Below the pieces are notes generated by a model. The model did no database searches. It worked only from the letters and a program-made list of their open reading frames with translations, and was not told the origin of the DNA. Below are positions 7,590-10,663 of a stretch of DNA of 10,663 nt, one piece after another (the stretch's first letter is position 1; each line of letters begins with the position of its first letter). The position numbers and the translations under genes are program-made. Source of the DNA: an uncultured bacterium (GTDB lineage Bacteria; CSSED10-310; CAZUFC01); contig CAZUFC010000204.1 of assembly GCA_964619725.1 (NCBI GenBank), forward strand, positions 1 to 10,663, given 5' to 3'.

Positions 7590-10034
7590 ATGAAATATTT
7601 CGTAATGTTTGCAGTTGTAATTGTTTGGTGTTCAATGTTTTCGATTTCAGCCGAGGGTACGTTTCCGCGTGAAATCAATTACCAGGGATATCTGACCGAT
7701 GAGACGGGGGCGCCTCTTGACGGCAATTATGATTTTATTTTGAGTCTTTATAGTGAAGAGACCGGCGGAATTGAATTATGGTCGGAAACGCATCTGTCGA
7801 CGGAAGTTTCAAACGGTTTGTTCAATGTAATGCTTGGTTCTCAGAATGAGTTTCCCGAAGGGTTGCATTTTGATTCGGCGTATTGGCTTGAAGTATCGAT
7901 TGATGACGGAATAAATCCGGTTGAGACGCTAATGCCCAGGCAACCGTTGACAAGCAGCGGCCAGGCTCTGGCAGCGCTGGACGTTTACGACAGGGATATC
8001 AATCCGAAAACGATAAGCATCACCGGGTATGAGAAGGGTGTAGTGATAAACGAATACGGCGAATGGACCGGACCGTCCAGCGGACTGGAGGGACCGACGG
8101 GACCGCAGGGACACACCGGACCGGAAGGGCCCCAGGGCGAAACGGGCTTGACGGGACCGCATGGCGACACTGGGCCGCAGGGTCCCCAGGGCGATACAGG
8201 CTTGACGGGACCGACGGGTCCGCAAGGTCATACGGGGCCTGTGGGACCGGCAGGCGAAACGGGAATGACGGGACCGCAGGGACACACCGGACCGCAGGGT
8301 CCCCAGGGCGATACAGGCTTGACGGGACCGACGGGTCCGCAAGGACATACGGGGCCTGTGGGACCGGCAGGCGAAACGGGAATGACGGGACCGCAGGGAC
8401 ACACCGGACCGGAAGGCCCCCAGGGCGATACAGGCCTGACGGGACCGACGGGTCCGCAAGGTCATTCGGGGCCTGTGGGACCGGCAGGCGCACAGGGAGC
8501 AACCGGATTGATGGGACCGCAGGGGGCGACCGGTCCGATGGGTCCACAGGGCGACACCGGCATCGAGGGTCTTCAGGGCGATACCGGACCCATGGGATTC
8601 CAAGGCGACACCGGACCGGCAGGACCGACAGGACCCGTCGCCGGAGTTGATTCGCAGTTGATCTACAACAATGCCGGCTCGGCAGCCGGAGCTGAAATTT
8701 ATTACGACGATGCGACGGGATACTTGGGCGTCGGCGCGGCCGCGCCTCTTCATAAACTGGACGTCAACGGTTCAGCGGACATTCGGGGAACTCTGACTGC
8801 AGCGGACGGAAATCTGAAAATCGAAAAGTATTCCGGCGATTTGTACGTTCAATCCTTGACCGGCGCCGAAGGCATCGCTCGCTTTGAAGCTGACGGCGGC
8901 ATTTTTCAATTTCTCACGATCGCTCCCGGTAATGCCACCCAATTTGAATTGCATAATTATAATGATAGGTCCAACAGGTATTCTGAAATCGAATTTTTTA
9001 AATCTTCTTCGGACAATCTCTATGAATTGAGCCCTACCGAGAACGGCATGCGGTATGGAACTTTGCTTTTCCGGGGAGTGAACACCGCAAACGAGAGAGC
9101 TTCAGGCGCATCAATATATGTCAAACAAGACGGAGCAGCGGGCGCGTCAACCAACCCGGCCGATTTGGCTTTTTATGCGACGGCCCAGCTCCTGCTGCAA
9201 CCCGACGGCGATACGGACGATTATCTTCAGGTAGAAACGGTTAACGACATCCCTGCCCTGAGAATTATAGGCTCAAATAATTTACGCATAAAGGGCACGG
9301 AAGGCGCGGGTTACATCGATGCCCATATATGGTTGGACGATTACGCCAAATTTGAGCTGATAGGTAATAATACTCAGGCTAATAATCGTTTGACGATACT
9401 TACAGGACCGACAGCCCAGCACCTCCAGGCTTACGGCGAACTTTACTTCAAAACGGCGTCCGGAAACATAAAACTGCAACCCGACGGAATTACGGATAAT
9501 TATCTGCAGTTTCACACGGCCGGCACAATTCCCATGATAGAAGTCGTCGGAGGTTCAAAGATATACCTGGAAGGCCCGGAAAACGACCATTTACACCTGG
9601 GCATACATTCCGACAGGTACGCTTATCTCGATTTCTTACCGGATGAAGATGCAGGCTCCAGGCTGTTAAGACTGACTGCAGGAGACAATTTCAGCGGATT
9701 AAGGTACTCGGCATCTGAAAACGCAGACAAATTATTTTTCCCGGATACGGACTCGGAATACGATTTAGGGACCGACGCGAGACGGTGGGCGAACATTTAT
9801 GCTGACGATATTTATTACACCGGCGGCAGTCTTCCGAATGATGCCGGCGCCGTACGCATGATCAAAAGAAAATACGGGCACGGCAATTATAAGGGACAAA
9901 GCATCAACGCGGGTGAAGCGATCGGGTTGACCATCAGCGCAGTAAACCGGATATCGGCTATGATGAGCGAGCTACAGGAGGAAAACGAAAAATTAAGGAA
10001 GCGCATAGAAGCATTGGAAGAAATGTTGAATTAA
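7590..10034 (+). CDS. Secreted collagen triple-helix-repeat protein with tail-fibre-like C-terminal half and terminal coiled coil, 814 aa
   Basis: Sec-pathway signal peptide ([23 protein letters not shown]); N-domain INYQGYLTD...LWSETH...GLFNVMLG; 62 uninterrupted Gly-X-Y triplets; YLGVG...HKLDVNG fibre-like motif; [10 protein letters not shown]...RWANIYA; C-terminal heptads [17 protein letters not shown]. Confidence 0.9.
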   Translation: MKYFVMFAVVIVWCSMFSISAEGTFPREINYQGYLTDETGAPLDGNYDFILSLYSEETGGIELWSETHLSTEVSNGLFNVMLGSQNEFPEGLHFDSAYWLEVSIDDGINPVETLMPRQPLTSSGQALAALDVYDRDINPKTISITGYEKGVVINEYGEWTGPSSGLEGPTGPQGHTGPEGPQGETGLTGPHGDTGPQGPQGDTGLTGPTGPQGHTGPVGPAGETGMTGPQGHTGPQGPQGDTGLTGPTGPQGHTGPVGPAGETGMTGPQGHTGPEGPQGDTGLTGPTGPQGHSGPVGPAGAQGATGLMGPQGATGPMGPQGDTGIEGLQGDTGPMGFQGDTGPAGPTGPVAGVDSQLIYNNAGSAAGAEIYYDDATGYLGVGAAAPLHKLDVNGSADIRGTLTAADGNLKIEKYSGDLYVQSLTGAEGIARFEADGGIFQFLTIAPGNATQFELHNYNDRSNRYSEIEFFKSSSDNLYELSPTENGMRYGTLLFRGVNTANERASGASIYVKQDGAAGASTNPADLAFYATAQLLLQPDGDTDDYLQVETVNDIPALRIIGSNNLRIKGTEGAGYIDAHIWLDDYAKFELIGNNTQANNRLTILTGPTAQHLQAYGELYFKTASGNIKLQPDGITDNYLQFHTAGTIPMIEVVGGSKIYLEGPENDHLHLGIHSDRYAYLDFLPDEDAGSRLLRLTAGDNFSGLRYSASENADKLFFPDTDSEYDLGTDARRWANIYADDIYYTGGSLPNDAGAVRMIKRKYGHGNYKGQSINAGEAIGLTISAVNRISAMMSELQEENEKLRKRIEALEEMLN
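8082..8639 (+). repeat. Collagen (Gly-X-Y)62 coding repeat containing a 117-bp higher-order tandem repeat (about 2.6 copies)
   Basis: Runs from GLE at 8082 to GPV ending 8639. Near-identical units start at 8181, 8298 and 8415. Confidence 0.93.
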
Positions 10035-10093
10035 GCCGGAGGATTTGCGAATAAGGCTTATTTATTATACGTTGACTGAGCAAATCCGCAGCC

Positions 10094-10229
10094 TGATGCA
10101 GTCATTAGGAAAAATTCGTCGTTTCTCTGCGTCATTCTTCGGGTTTGTTTGGGCGGCGTATGCCCGATACGCCTCCGCATAATCCCTTGAATTCCTTGAT
10201 ATACAAATGAATCGCTTATTTCTGGATCA
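10094..10229. mobile_element. Possible non-autonomous MITE/REP-like fold-back element
   Basis: Central hairpin GGCGTAT-GCCCG-ATACGCC (10155-10173), imperfect outer pairing (GGG 10141-10143 with CCC 10184-10186), and degenerate terminal inverted repeats TGATGCAG / CTGGATCA. Confidence 0.35.
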
Positions 10230-10284
10230 AAAACCCAACCAAAACCTATCTGCCGCCAAAAACCTCCCCAAAAGCCCCAACTCT

Positions 10285-10663
10285 GAACTTTGAACTTTGA
10301 ACTGACCAACCCTGAACCCTGAACCTTGAACCCTGAACCTTGAACCCCGAACCCTGAACCTTGAACACCGAACCTTGAACCTTGAACCCTGAACCACGAA
10401 CCCTGAACCTTGAACCCTGAACCACGAACCCTGAACCTTGAACCTTGAACCCCGAACCTTGAACCCTGAACCCCGAACCCTGAACCTTGAACCTTGAACC
10501 CCGAACCCTGAACCTTGAACCTTGAACACCGAACCTTGAACCTTGAACCTTGAACCCCGAACCCTGAACCTTGAACCCCGAACCCTGAACCTTGAACCCC
10601 GAACCCTGAACCCTGAACCTTGAACCCTGAACCTTGAACCTTGAACCTTGAACCCCGAACCTT
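10285..10663. repeat. Heptamer tandem array GAAC(CTT/CCT/CCC/ACC/CAC), truncated by the window end
   Basis: 50 in-phase 7-mers from 10314 to 10663 with no indels, preceded by degenerate GAACTTT copies from 10285. Confidence 0.97.

Noticed and set aside
7929..8753. Overlapping ORFs 7929..8753(-), 8020..8547(-), 8063..8650(+), 7985..8170(-)
   Set aside because: Shadow frames of the GC-rich collagen repeat.
10227..10529. Minus-strand 100-aa ORF (FKVQGSGFRV repeats)
   Set aside because: It is a by-product of a stop-free heptamer repeat, with no RBS or domain evidence.
10314..10663. Eukaryotic telomere (CCCTGAA resembles Plasmodium/plant-type repeats) or CRISPR array
   Set aside because: The C-rich strand runs 5'->3' toward the right end, the wrong polarity for a telomere there. 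The context is bacterial, and there are no unique spacers.

Overview
Bacterial chromosomal window; all supported genes are on the + strand. (1) selD (selenophosphate synthetase) is itself a selenoprotein. The ORF track truncates it at 794, but the frame starts at a TTG at 644 and reads SHGAG-UGA-ACK, with candidate SECIS hairpins just downstream. (2) An elongation factor G paralog lies 10 nt downstream, outside the str operon, with an intact G-domain and degenerate domain IV tip loops. (3) aroB. (4) An NtrC-family sigma54 response regulator with no kinase in the window. (5) A DUF433 + PIN-like (DUF5615-type) toxin-antitoxin pair. (6) A perfect, spacer-less 50-bp palindrome at 7451-7500. (7) An 814-aa secreted collagen-like, tail-fibre-like protein. 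(8) A possible MITE-like fold-back element. (9) An array of at least 50 GAACnnn heptamers running off the right end. A G-run hexamer tract sits at the left end. The most unusual items are the Sec-selD/EF-G paralog coupling, the perfect palindrome, the collagen-fibre architecture and the heptamer array. No database searches were possible, so family calls rest on motif recognition.
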